Source of the DNA: Chloroflexota bacterium
GTDB taxonomy: Bacteria > Chloroflexota > UBA11872 > VXOZ01
Direction: 5' to 3'
Length of the DNA stretch: 64,000 nucleotides
Assembly (NCBI GenBank): GCA_963663275.1
Contig: OY760183.1
Coordinates: 648,211 to 712,210 of the forward strand
Shown here one piece after another: positions 8,492 to 17,521 of this stretch. The notes beneath the pieces are model-generated. The model made no database searches. It was given only the letters and a program-made list of their open reading frames with translations, and was not told where the DNA came from. The position numbers and the translations under genes are program-made. Every line of letters begins with the position of its first letter. Position 1 is the first letter of the stretch.

Positions 8492-8522
8492 TTGACTTTA
8501 AGGGAAACCGCTCCCTATGATT
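8492..8522 (+). promoter_or_regulatory. MerR-type promoter candidate with a dyad in a long spacer
   Basis: TTGACT (8492-8497), an 18/19-nt spacer containing the dyad AGGGA-N6-TCCCT, then TATGAT/ATGATT. Lies about 80 nt upstream of the MerR gene. Confidence 0.4.
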
Positions 8523-8599
8523 AGAGCGCAACCCGTAGGGGTGCGGGACGCGAACAGAATTGGAGCGCAGGTTCTGGGGGGAACCGCTAGGGAATAATC

Positions 8600-9067
8600 A
8601 TGCCTGCGGAACGCTATCTGCAAATCGGCGAGGTGGCGGAGCAACTGGAACTCACACCGCGCACGCTCCGCTATTACGAGGAGATCGGCTTGCTGGAACC
8701 GCCCTCCCGCATGGAAGGCGGCTTCCGGCTCTACTCGGCGGCGGACATCAGCCGCCTGGAAAACATCGTGCAACTCAAGCGGCTGCTGGGCTTCTCGTTG
8801 CGCGATATCAAGCACGTGGTGGAGGCGATGGAGTCGCTCAAGCTCCTGCGCCAGGAGAGCCGGCAGGCCGGCGATCTGGAAACCAAGCGGGAATCGCTGC
8901 GCAAGGCCCTGGAAATCCTGGAAACGCAGCTTGAGGTGCTGGACGGCCGCATGGGGCAGATTGCCGAACTGCGCGACCGCTTCAACGAACGCTCGCTGCG
9001 CCTGCGCGAACGCTTGCAGCAAATCGAGGCGGAACTCCAAACCGCCGCCGCCAACCCTTCGTCGTAG
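8600..9067 (+). CDS. MerR family transcriptional regulator
   Basis: N-terminal HTH YLQIGEVAEQLELTPRTLRYYEEIGLL and a coiled-coil C-terminus. No Cys cluster. Confidence 0.85.
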   Translation: MPAERYLQIGEVAEQLELTPRTLRYYEEIGLLEPPSRMEGGFRLYSAADISRLENIVQLKRLLGFSLRDIKHVVEAMESLKLLRQESRQAGDLETKRESLRKALEILETQLEVLDGRMGQIAELRDRFNERSLRLRERLQQIEAELQTAAANPSS

Positions 9068-9154
9068 CTACTACTCTCTACCGTCCCGCGCTCACCGGGA
9101 GAAGGCTTTAGCGAAACCTCGCCGAAAGGCGAACAGTTCTTTCTCCCCCGGAGA

Positions 9155-9304
9155 GGCTGACAGGGGTATGCAAATGTCATTCCGAGCGCAGCGAGGAATC
9201 TAAAGTGCTGGACTTGCGGGGCTATACCTTAGATTCCTCTCTCCGCTGGGCTCCGTTCGGAATGACACGTGAAGTCGATTATAGAATACATACCCCTGTC
9301 AGCC
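9155..9304 (+). mobile_element. MITE-2 (about 150 bp; TIR GGCTGACAGGGGTATG..., core GTCATTCCGAGCG-AGCGAGGAATCTA)
   Basis: Terminal inverted repeats and a long internal hairpin. Copies also at 13119-13269 and 63738-63900. Confidence 0.7.
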
Positions 9305-9425
9305 CGGGAGAGGGGAGCAAAGAGCGCATCCGCTTCCCTCTCCCCGGAAGAGGGAAGCAAGGAACGCATCCGATTCCCTCTCTTGGGGGAGAGGGTTAGG
9401 GTGAGGGGAAGAAAAGGAGAATCTC

Positions 9426-11603
9426 ATGAACGGCCGCGTGGACGTGGAGACCTTGCGCTCGCTGCGGAAGGTCAGTGCGCATGCGCCGGTGGCGCTCTCT
9501 CCCGACGGCGTCCTGGTTGCCTACGGCATCGGCGCCGCGCAGCGGGAAACACCGGACCCGCCTTCCGGGATACTGGCCATGGGGGCGTCCACCAGTGTGC
9601 TTGGCATCGAAATCTGGATCGCCGACGCGGCGGACGGCACGGCGCGCGCCATAACCCCCGGCTGGGGCAGTAGCTGGGGCCCGCGCTGGTCGCCGGACGG
9701 GCAGTGGCTGGCTTTCTACAGCGACCGCGCCGGCCTGGCGCAGGTCTGGCTCTGGAACCGCGCGACCGGAGAGACCCGCCCGGCGTGCGACGAACCGGTG
9801 TGCATGGCGTTTGAGTTCGAACAACTCCACTGGCTGCCGGACAGCGTCCATCTGGTGGCTAAGCTGCGCGCCCCCGGCTGGGACCCGCCCCAGGAGCGTG
9901 AAGAGCAAGAGGTCGGCAGCGGACGGGAAATCTGGGAGTCGCCGCCGCCCAAGATCGAGCGGCGTTCCGCTGCCGCCGAGGGCTGGCGCTGGTTCGACGG
10001 CAAGCGCGGCGACGTGGGCGTTATCAACGTGGAGACTGGCGCGGCGCGGCGCTTGGGCACGGAAATCTTCCCCTATTACTTTGCGCCGTCCCCCGATGGG
10101 CGCTTCGTGGCCGCGATGACCGTGGCGGCTTCTAAGGGCTTCGACCTGCGCCTCATGGCCGTGGACGGCTCGCGCTATGACGTCCTGGCCGAGGACGTTC
10201 CCACCATGTGGGGCGCTTTCTCCTGGTCGCCCCATAGCGACGCGCTTGCGTTTACCACCTACGGCGATGGGCCGGGCCAGCTTGTCCTCGTCTCGCTGGA
10301 CGGCGCGCGGCGCGTGCTCCACGACGGCGGCGCGGTTGACTTTGCCAGCGAGGAGCCATACCCGCCGCCGCTCTGGTCGCCGGACGGCGAGACCGTCTAC
10401 TGCGGAAACTTTCGGGACGTCTATGCCGTAACCCTCGCCACGGGCGACATGGAAAACATAACCCAGGACCTGGAACACCATACCGTGTGGGGGTGCATCA
10501 GCACGCTGGGCCGCAATACGGTCAATGACGGCGGCCGCCCCGGTACCGTGCTCGTCCTGGCGCAAGACCGGCAGACCAAGCGCCAGGGGATCTACCGGGT
10601 CGGCAACGGCCGCCCGGAAGTGGTGCTGCCTGAGCGGCAGCGCCACCTGATCAACCTGATGCTCTACGGCGATAGCAACCGCCGGCACGTGGTTGGCCCA
10701 ATCGAATCCGCCGCGCAGCCCCCCGACCTCTTTCGCATTGCCATTGCGTCCGGTGAGGAGCAGCGGGTTACGCGGCTCAACCCGGCGCTTGAAGGCGTGT
10801 CATGGGGCACCGCCAGGCTGCTCGACCACAAGGGTGCCGATGGTGAGGCGTTACAAGGAGCGGTGCTGCTCCCGGCCGGATATCAGCCCGGCGTCCGCTA
10901 TCCCACGATCGTCAGCGTGGGCCTGGGCACAGGCGGCTCTGGATTTGTCAATAACTTCGAGTGGGATAGCCTCGGCTTCATCGAACTGCACGCCTTGACC
11001 ACCCGGGGCTACGTCGTAATAGTGCCGTCTAACCCACGTCGCACCCCAGACGTGGCCGCTGAAGTAACCGCTCAGACCGTGAACGCCCTGGATGCGGCGG
11101 TGGCGGCCGGTTACGCCGATCCGGAGCGGGCGGGCGTGATGGGGCATAGCCGCGGCGGGTACAGCGCCTGCTGCGTGGTGACGCGCACCGACCGCTTCCG
11201 GGCGGCCGTCGCCGGCGCGCCGATTACCAATTTCTTCAGCTTTGGCTTGTCCGTTTCCGGCAACGAGATGACGCCCTGGGAACAGACGGTCGGGTACGTC
11301 TTCCACCTGCGCAATACCTTGTGGGAAGCGCGGGAACAGTGGCTGGAGAACTCGCCGGCGCTCTACTGCGATCAGGTCGAGACGCCGCTGCTTCTCATCT
11401 GCGGCACTGCCGATGAGCCCCTCATGGCGCAAGCCGAAGAGATGTACGGCGGCCTGCGCCAGCTCGGCAAGCGGGCCGTCCTCGCGCGGTACCACGGCGA
11501 AGGCCACGCGGTAGGCGAATGGTCGGCGGAGAACGCGCAAGATTGCTGGGACCGCATCATCGGCTGGTTCGAGCAATACGTGAAAGGCGCGGCGGCGGAG
11601 TAA
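9426..11603 (+). CDS. S9 family serine peptidase (prolyl oligopeptidase/acylaminoacyl peptidase type) with N-terminal beta-propeller
   Basis: 725 aa. WSPDG repeats in the N-terminal half, nucleophile motif GHSRGGY, late GTADE and GEGH. AAAAGGAGA precedes the ATG. Confidence 0.85.
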   Translation: MNGRVDVETLRSLRKVSAHAPVALSPDGVLVAYGIGAAQRETPDPPSGILAMGASTSVLGIEIWIADAADGTARAITPGWGSSWGPRWSPDGQWLAFYSDRAGLAQVWLWNRATGETRPACDEPVCMAFEFEQLHWLPDSVHLVAKLRAPGWDPPQEREEQEVGSGREIWESPPPKIERRSAAAEGWRWFDGKRGDVGVINVETGAARRLGTEIFPYYFAPSPDGRFVAAMTVAASKGFDLRLMAVDGSRYDVLAEDVPTMWGAFSWSPHSDALAFTTYGDGPGQLVLVSLDGARRVLHDGGAVDFASEEPYPPPLWSPDGETVYCGNFRDVYAVTLATGDMENITQDLEHHTVWGCISTLGRNTVNDGGRPGTVLVLAQDRQTKRQGIYRVGNGRPEVVLPERQRHLINLMLYGDSNRRHVVGPIESAAQPPDLFRIAIASGEEQRVTRLNPALEGVSWGTARLLDHKGADGEALQGAVLLPAGYQPGVRYPTIVSVGLGTGGSGFVNNFEWDSLGFIELHALTTRGYVVIVPSNPRRTPDVAAEVTAQTVNALDAAVAAGYADPERAGVMGHSRGGYSACCVVTRTDRFRAAVAGAPITNFFSFGLSVSGNEMTPWEQTVGYVFHLRNTLWEAREQWLENSPALYCDQVETPLLLICGTADEPLMAQAEEMYGGLRQLGKRAVLARYHGEGHAVGEWSAENAQDCWDRIIGWFEQYVKGAAAE

Positions 11604-11670
11604 CCCAATTCTCTTGTATTCATCAAGAGCAGCGCATTCACCGCGCGGCGTTCCGTTAGGCGTTCCGGCA

Positions 11671-11806
11671 GCGCAGTTTGCTCCAGTGTGCAGTTTGCTC
11701 CAGTGTGCAGTTTGCTCCAGTGTGCAGTTTGTTCCGGTGCGCAGCCTGTTCCGGTAGCGTAGTCTGTTCCGGTAGCGCAGTTTGCTCCGGTGCGCAGTCT
11801 GTTCCG
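11671..11806 (+). repeat. 17-bp minisatellite, 8 units (GCGCAGTYTGYTCCRGT)
   Basis: Units start every 17 nt from 11671. The unit resembles the GTAGCGCAG head of REP-D, and the array ends in an intact REP-D. Confidence 0.85.
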
Positions 11807-11830
11807 GTAGCGCAGGTTTGTAACCTGCGC
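11807..11830 (+). repeat. REP-D hairpin
   Basis: GTAGCGCAGGTTTGTAACCTGCGC. Confidence 0.75.
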
Positions 11831-11986
11831 CGGTTGAAGCCGCTTGAAATCGAAGGCGTTTGCGCACTCTCCCTTCGCGTTGCTGGGCAGAGCGTCCCAA
11901 TCGGCATGGCGCCCCAAGAGGAATCCTTGCGCCGAAGAGGTGAAGGGGACTCGTGTTCTCTCGCTGGAGACCTTTGCATACCTCCG

Positions 11987-12997
11987 TCATTCCGGCGAAA
12001 GCCGGAAGGTGGATTCACATTTCAAGTGCAACACCTGGTTGATGAATACTTCGGCTGGCGTTTGGAAGTCAAGACACTTGCGCGGGGTGTGGTTGTAGGC
12101 GTGGACCAGTTGCGCAAAGCGTTGTTGGCTCACCTGTGCCAGGTCGGTCTTGCGCGGCAGCCGGCGCCGCAGGCGGCCGATGGCGTTCTCGATGCCCCCT
12201 TTCTGCCAGGGCGAGTGGGTATCGCAGAAGAAGGTTTGGATGCCCAAGTCATGGAGGCGGTAATGCTGTGCGAACTCCGTGCCATTGTCGAACGTGACGG
12301 TCTGGCTGCACGCTGGGGGCAGCGCGGCGAACAGGTCGTGCAGGATAGTGGCGATCGGCGCTGCCGCCTTGCCGGGCGGTCGCGCGGCCAGCAACAGGCG
12401 CGAGTGGCGCTCGTGCAGGGTCAAGACTGCTTGACCGTAGGTGCGAAAGAGCATCAGGTCCGCCTCCCAGTGGCCGGGCGTTTGGCGGTCTGCCGCCGCC
12501 TGGGGCCGTTCTGCCAGCGGTCGGCGCTGGGCAATGAACGAGGCCGGACTGCCGCCCTTTCGCCCGCGCCAGCCCCGTTTGGACTTGGCGCGCGGCAGGT
12601 AATGCCGCCAGTTACCGTCCTTCGTGCGCGCCTGCTGCCCGTAGATGAAGCGATAGATGGTCTCGTGAGAGACGACCGGCGCGCCGTTCTCCCGCGCCAA
12701 ACGTCCGGATACCTGCTCCGGCGACCAACAATCCCGCAAGTATCCCAACACCACCTCCCGCAACTCGGCATCCCGCTCCAGCTTGCTGCCGCGCCAGCAC
12801 CGCGCCCACGCCTGATCATCGGCATACTTTGGCTCATAGCCTGCCGATTGCGATCCATTTCGTTTCACCTCCCGCGAAATCGTCGATGGCGCGCGACCCA
12901 GAGTTGCAGCGATTTGCCGGTGCGAGGTTCTCGCGGTGAGAAGTCGGGCAATTTCACACCGCTCTTCAATGGTAAGTTGTGTGTATTGTTTTCCCAT
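11987..12997 (-). CDS. IS30 family transposase
   Basis: 336 aa. N-terminal HTH (LTIEERCEIARL, STISREVKRNG) and a DDE-type C-terminal half. The ORF runs through the IS end and stops in flanking MITE DNA. Confidence 0.9.
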   Translation of the reverse strand: MGKQYTQLTIEERCEIARLLTARTSHRQIAATLGRAPSTISREVKRNGSQSAGYEPKYADDQAWARCWRGSKLERDAELREVVLGYLRDCWSPEQVSGRLARENGAPVVSHETIYRFIYGQQARTKDGNWRHYLPRAKSKRGWRGRKGGSPASFIAQRRPLAERPQAAADRQTPGHWEADLMLFRTYGQAVLTLHERHSRLLLAARPPGKAAAPIATILHDLFAALPPACSQTVTFDNGTEFAQHYRLHDLGIQTFFCDTHSPWQKGGIENAIGRLRRRLPRKTDLAQVSQQRFAQLVHAYNHTPRKCLDFQTPAEVFINQVLHLKCESTFRLSPE

Positions 12998-13040
12998 GGC
13001 AACACCTTAGCAAAGTGTTGCACTTCGTTTGTGAGTCTAG
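12007..13040 (-). mobile_element. IS30-family insertion sequence (about 1034 bp)
   Basis: Imperfect ~27-bp terminal IRs ending in GTGCAACAC. 3-bp direct repeat GGA at 12004-12006 and 13041-13043. Inserted in the CATTCCGGCGAAAGCCGGAATCC hairpin of MITE-1. Confidence 0.75.
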
Positions 13041-13118
13041 GGAATCCAGACCGCTTCTACAACTAAACATAGCATGATGTCAATTCATTGTACCCCCATC
13101 TCAACCTTCCCCCTCGAT

Positions 13119-13269
13119 GGCTGATAAGGGTATGAAAGTGTCATTCCGAGCGGAGCGAGGAATCTAGTAATGATGAAATTGCAGGGTAGCGCCTTAGATT
13201 CCTCTCTCCGCTGCGCTCCATTCGGAATGACACGTGAAGTGGACTATAGAATGCCTACCCCTATCAGCC
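13119..13269 (+). mobile_element. MITE-2 copy nested in MITE-1
   Basis: Flanked by duplicated CTCGAT(GG) of the host MITE-1. Confidence 0.65.
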
Positions 13270-13481
13270 CTCGATGGAGAAGGGGTTATGCAAAGGTCTC
13301 CGCCTGTAATCACGGTCAGAGGCTTCCTCAAGGGACGCACAATGATACTATACGGAGAGTGCCGCGGACTATCGGGTCTATGCAGCCGTGGCGCGACCGG
13401 CAAGAGCGTCCAATCGGGCACGTCGATTGAGCAACCAGGACGCTCAGCGAACAGACACCCGCACGTAAGGATTGAGCACGC

Positions 13482-14807
13482 ATGAAGACTGTGTCTGAGG
13501 CAGCAGCCTCCCAAGAAGAACTCCTCGCGAAGAGCCGGCAACTCTTTCCCGGCGGCTCGTCGGGCTTGTGGCGGCTGCCGGACGAGTATCAGATCGTGGT
13601 CACCCACGGGCGCGGCAGCCGCGTGTGGGACATGACCGGCCGGGAGTACATCGACTGCATCCTGGGCTCCGGGCCGGTTCTCGTCGGCCACGCCCATCCG
13701 GCGGTGGTGGCGGCGGTGCAGGCGCAGGCGGCCCAGGGCGCGACCTACTTCCTGCTGAACGAACCGGCCATTCGCCTGGCGGAAATGGTGGTGGATGCCG
13801 TGCCCTGCGCCGAGCAGATTCGCTTTGTGAGCACCGGCACCGAGGCAACCTTCTACGCGATTCGCATCGCCCGCGCCTACACCGGCCGCAACAAGGTGCT
13901 GAAGTTCGAAGGCGCGCTCCACGGCGGCAACGACTACGCCACTATGAGCACCGTGCCGCCGCGCACGAGCGACTATCCCCACGGCATCCCAGACAGCAGC
14001 GGCATCCCGCCGCAGGTGCGGGAGCAGGTGCTGATTTCCGAATTCAACAATCTCGACCTGACCCGCGAACTCGTGCATCAACACGGCGACGACCTGGCGG
14101 CCATCATCATGGAGCCGCTCCAGCGGGCGCTGAATCCGGAACCGGGTTTCCTGGCAGCGGTGCGCGACCTGGCCCACGAGGTGGGGGCGCTGCTGATCTT
14201 CGACGAAATCGTGACCGGCTTTCGCCTGGCCTGGGGCGGCGCGCAGGAATACTACGGCGTGGAACCGGACCTGGCGGTGCTGGGCAAGGCGCTGGGCGGC
14301 GGCTACTCGCAGGCGGCGGTGGCGGGGCCCGCCAATATCATGGAGGTGGTCTCGTCGGCGATCCGCGGCACGCCGCGCTACGTCTGGATGGGCGGCACCT
14401 TCAGCGGCAATCCCCTGAGCGCGGTGGCCGGCCTGGCGACCCTGGGCGTGCTGCAAGCGGAGGGCAGCTTTGCGCGCCTGCAAGCGATTGGCGATCAGGT
14501 GCGCGCCGGTCTGGAAGCCCTCGGCCGGGAGTTTGGCGAGCCGCTGCAAGCTATCGGCGCGGGACCGCTGCTCCAGGTCTTCTTCGGCGAGGGCGACCTG
14601 CGCACCTACGCCGACTGCCTGAAAACCGATAACGCCAAACGCATCGCCTTCGCCCAGGAACTCCTCCGCGCCGGCATCCTCACCAACCCGGGCGAAAAGC
14701 TCTACTTCTCCCTGGCCCACACCGACGAGGACGTGGGCAAACTCCTGGAAATCGCCCGCGCGGCGCTGAAGACGGTGCAGGAGCAAGAGGCGAACGGCGC
14801 AAGTTGA
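13482..14807 (+). CDS. class III PLP aminotransferase (glutamate-1-semialdehyde 2,1-aminomutase family)
   Basis: 441 aa with GSGPVLVGHAHP, FDEIVTGFRLA and the Lys motif LGKALGGG. Confidence 0.85.
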   Translation: MKTVSEAAASQEELLAKSRQLFPGGSSGLWRLPDEYQIVVTHGRGSRVWDMTGREYIDCILGSGPVLVGHAHPAVVAAVQAQAAQGATYFLLNEPAIRLAEMVVDAVPCAEQIRFVSTGTEATFYAIRIARAYTGRNKVLKFEGALHGGNDYATMSTVPPRTSDYPHGIPDSSGIPPQVREQVLISEFNNLDLTRELVHQHGDDLAAIIMEPLQRALNPEPGFLAAVRDLAHEVGALLIFDEIVTGFRLAWGGAQEYYGVEPDLAVLGKALGGGYSQAAVAGPANIMEVVSSAIRGTPRYVWMGGTFSGNPLSAVAGLATLGVLQAEGSFARLQAIGDQVRAGLEALGREFGEPLQAIGAGPLLQVFFGEGDLRTYADCLKTDNAKRIAFAQELLRAGILTNPGEKLYFSLAHTDEDVGKLLEIARAALKTVQEQEANGAS

Positions 14808-14849
14808 AGGAAACGCGGCAGAACAATCACCTACGGCAATGGCGCATCT

Positions 14850-15608
14850 CTAACGCCAGCCGATTACGCGATGTTGTAGCCAAGGGTGGTGCGACTGATT
14901 GACCGGTACTAGCAAAGGGTTCTTAGGGAGAGGTAACTCGATAAGGCCTTTCTTACCTACTGCGTCTGCTAATTCCTGGCTGCATCCGAAGCTAACCAGG
15001 TACACCAAGACACCGCGACTCTTGAGTTCATCGATCATGTCCGCGTAGTCGCCATCTCTGGCGAGAAGCACGAGAACGGTGCGTGACGGGTCTTGACCGC
15101 AGTAGGTCTTACAGTGATGGATGACCTTCTCTTCCAAGTCATCGGTTTCTTCCCATACATCCCAGCCACGGTCTTCTAACGTGTCGTTTGGGTTGTTGAA
15201 ACTGAACCCCGGGGTTGCGCGGACGAATGCTTTGAAGGTCCCGAGGTTGGTTGCTGAGAATCTCTCCTCGCACTTCGCTCGCAGCCAAGTGTCCAATTCG
15301 GGCACGTGCTGTACGTGTGCAGCGAGATCCGGAAAGTCCCACACAACCAATAGGCGCGAGCGCTTCACGTTCTTCCTCCTCTTCTTCCTGAAGAAACTGG
15401 GAGTAATGCCTCTTTCCATCGCAACCGAATGAATGGCCGCGAGTGACGCCGCGTCCGGCGTGGTGGCGCCGTTCTCCCACCGGGACACCGTGTTTGGCGG
15501 AACACCCAGCGCACGCGCGAGAGCCGCTTGCGAAAGTCCGAGTCTCTTGCGCAACTCTGCAATGCTCTCTGGGCTAAAGCGGTATTGCATCTGCTTTACC
15601 GGCGCCAC
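14850..15608 (-). CDS. XRE-type HTH fused to a NYN/LabA-like (PIN-like) domain
   Basis: N-terminus LGLSQAALARALGVPPNTVSRWENG. C-terminus LLVVWDFPD ... LLARDGDYADMIDELKSRGVLVYLVS fits the NYN acidic motifs. GTG 15608 lies 7 nt after GGAGG. Confidence 0.7.
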   Translation of the reverse strand: MAPVKQMQYRFSPESIAELRKRLGLSQAALARALGVPPNTVSRWENGATTPDAASLAAIHSVAMERGITPSFFRKKRRKNVKRSRLLVVWDFPDLAAHVQHVPELDTWLRAKCEERFSATNLGTFKAFVRATPGFSFNNPNDTLEDRGWDVWEETDDLEEKVIHHCKTYCGQDPSRTVLVLLARDGDYADMIDELKSRGVLVYLVSFGCSQELADAVGKKGLIELPLPKNPLLVPVNQSHHPWLQHRVIGWR

Positions 15609-15666
15609 TGCTTGCCTCCGTTGGCGGTGAGGATACGGAGTTCACTTGTCGCACTATAGCACATAG

Positions 15667-15696
15667 CTGTAGTTACCACAACAGAACTGTAGTTGA
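15667..15696 (+). promoter_or_regulatory. Direct repeats CTGTAGTT(A/G) x2, 20 bp apart (candidate operator)
   Basis: Repeats at 15667-15674 and 15687-15694. They overlap the -35 regions of the two divergent promoter candidates. Confidence 0.4.
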
Positions 15697-15721
15697 CTTG
15701 GGGAGCGTGAATTGGTACAAT
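15693..15721 (+). promoter_or_regulatory. sigma70-like promoter: TTGACT, 17 nt, TACAAT
   Basis: -35 at 15693-15698 and -10 at 15716-15721 with an exact 17-nt spacer. Points at ORF 15774-16643. A TTGTGG-17-TATAGT candidate exists on the opposite strand. Confidence 0.55.
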
Positions 15722-15773
15722 GGTCATGAATTGCTGAGGGAGTACGCCCCTGGGAAGAGATGCTTTTCTCAGC

Positions 15774-16643
15774 TTGCAAGGTTGGGGCGATTCTTTCGGC
15801 AAGCTCTATAGCGGTAAGATATCAATTGTTGCCACGGATTGTCTACACCGGTGCAGCGTGGAGGTTGGCCGGACAGAGAAATGGAGGTTTGGATTGAATA
15901 CGCAGGAAATGCACCCGTTCGAGAAAGTGCTGAACGAACGGTTCGATGGGGTCATCAAGCCAGGGGAACACGATGAGCAGGAGGGCGCGGCTTGTGCGCT
16001 GGAAATGGCAAGTGTAGCGCGTGGACGTTTGCTCAGCGACAAGTCGGGCGATACCGGGTTGCCGACGCTATGGCCGCTTAGCGACGGCCTCTGCATCTGG
16101 CCGGACGACCAGTCCCGCACCCAGCACGTTGTGCCCCTGGTCAAGGCGCTATGGGGCTGGCCGCAATGGTCGAAGAAGCGGCGGGCGGATTGGAAACGGC
16201 GCGTAATCCGGCGCACCATCCAAGAAGTGCTGCCCTGCGTTCTCCGCCCGATCGGGCTTGAGGCCGAGGCTGACCGCTGCGCGCAGGACGGAACGAAAGA
16301 TGCGGTTGACGCAGCCCGCGAAGCAGCGGATGCGGCCGCCACAGCCGCCCGCAAAGCGGCAGATAGTTTCCGCATGTTGGACGCAGTACGCGCGAGGGAA
16401 GCCGCTGGATACATGGCTAAAGCTGCCAGCAAGAGAGAAGACTTCGATATAGCGTATGCCGCCTACAACGTTGCTTTTGCTGCCGGTCTTATCACCAGAA
16501 GCCGCGCCGTAGCTGCTGGCGACCCCGATGTGGACACTGCCAACCCCATAGCTTCCGGCGTTAGCGCGGTAAATGTCCTATCGCTGGCCTGCCGCATCTG
16601 GCGTGAAGAAGCCGAGCGCAAACCACAACTAAAGGCAAACTAA
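15774..16643 (+). CDS. hypothetical protein, Ala-rich helical C-terminal half
   Basis: Longest ORF in an A/T-richer islet, downstream of a consensus-like promoter. Start is uncertain (TTG 15774, GTG 15858 or ATG 15909). No motif I can name with confidence. Confidence 0.5.
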   Translation: MQGWGDSFGKLYSGKISIVATDCLHRCSVEVGRTEKWRFGLNTQEMHPFEKVLNERFDGVIKPGEHDEQEGAACALEMASVARGRLLSDKSGDTGLPTLWPLSDGLCIWPDDQSRTQHVVPLVKALWGWPQWSKKRRADWKRRVIRRTIQEVLPCVLRPIGLEAEADRCAQDGTKDAVDAAREAADAAATAARKAADSFRMLDAVRAREAAGYMAKAASKREDFDIAYAAYNVAFAAGLITRSRAVAAGDPDVDTANPIASGVSAVNVLSLACRIWREEAERKPQLKAN

Positions 16644-16796
16644 GCGCCTTGCCTGAAGTGGAGTGATCGGACTTAGGTCCGCCGTTTCGCGCCATGCTTG
16701 CCCAATGCGCTGACACGGGGCGGCGGAGAATAGGCGCCCGCGCTTAACCCTTCATTGCGTTAAGCTCTCAAGGCCTCCAGGCTAGGCGACGTTCTT

Positions 16797-17447
16797 CTAT
16801 TGCTTAGGTAGGCTCTCGCAGGCGGCGCCGTCTTTGTCCGTGTCGAGCTTGTTTGGGTCCGATTTGTCCGCATCCAGCACGGCTTGGGCCTGCCATTGAA
16901 ACTCGAAGTCCCCGCAGTTGTACTTGTCTCCTTGACCGAGGTACGGTTGCGGGTCGAAGTCGCTTGGCGGCGTAGTGGTAGGCGTTGGCGGCGGTGGCGG
17001 AGCGTCCGGCGCGGGTGTGGGCGAAGGCAGCGGTGTCGGTGAAGCGGCAGGCGCGGATGGTGGCGTCGGATCGGGGGTTGGCGCCGGAAGTGGTGACGGA
17101 GTTGCCGTCGGCGCAGGTGGAGCGGTTGGCCTGGGCGGTGGAATAGCGGTGGGCCTGGGAGACGGCGCCGGCGCAGGACGAACGGCCGTTGGCGCGGGCG
17201 GCCCGGCGGTGGGCGCGGGCGCGGGCGTAACCGTCGGCGCGCCGGTAGCGGTAATATCGGAAAGCAGCACGGGCGTAGCGGTAGCTTCCCTGCCGGGGGC
17301 AACGGCAGCCGGAGCGTTTTCCTCATCCCCGCCGCACGCCAGCGCGGCGGCGCAGACGGCAACCAGGAAGAGATGCCGCAGGCCGCCAACCGGCGCCAGC
17401 CGGCGCGCGCCAAACCGGCAACCGGGGACTATGCGCGCAACGTCCAC
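16797..17447 (-). CDS. secreted or lipoprotein with Pro/Thr/Ala linker and C-terminal Excalibur calcium-binding domain
   Basis: Hydrophobic N-terminus ending AALACGG, a long PT-rich region, and C-terminal NCGDF...[10 protein letters not shown]. Confidence 0.7.
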   Translation of the reverse strand: MDVARIVPGCRFGARRLAPVGGLRHLFLVAVCAAALACGGDEENAPAAVAPGREATATPVLLSDITATGAPTVTPAPAPTAGPPAPTAVRPAPAPSPRPTAIPPPRPTAPPAPTATPSPLPAPTPDPTPPSAPAASPTPLPSPTPAPDAPPPPPTPTTTPPSDFDPQPYLGQGDKYNCGDFEFQWQAQAVLDADKSDPNKLDTDKDGAACESLPKQ

Positions 17448-17521
17448 GCGCCCTTACCGCCCTGGAGACGCAGGCGAGGTTCCGGCGCGCGGCATTCCGA
17501 AGCGGGCAATGCTATTCATGC

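Larger units (their letters stand above)
11966..13301 (+). mobile_element. MITE-1 copy interrupted twice (by IS30 and by MITE-2)
   Basis: Left TIR GGAGACCTTTGCATA at 11966 and right TIR TATGCAAAGGTCTCC ending at 13301. Joining the flanks reconstitutes the uninterrupted sequence seen in the other MITE-1 copies. Confidence 0.7.

Noticed and set aside
11678-13066. 462-aa plus-strand ORF across the IS30 element
   Set aside because: It is antisense to an unmistakable IS30 transposase, and its N-terminus is a translated 17-bp minisatellite.
13194-14786. Long antisense ORFs opposite well-supported genes (also 19583-21367, 30488-32419, 37495-39573, 41170-42609, 58791-60197 and others)
   Set aside because: They are shadow ORFs of a high-GC genome. 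Each lies opposite a gene with clear family motifs and has low-complexity R/A/G/P-rich translations.
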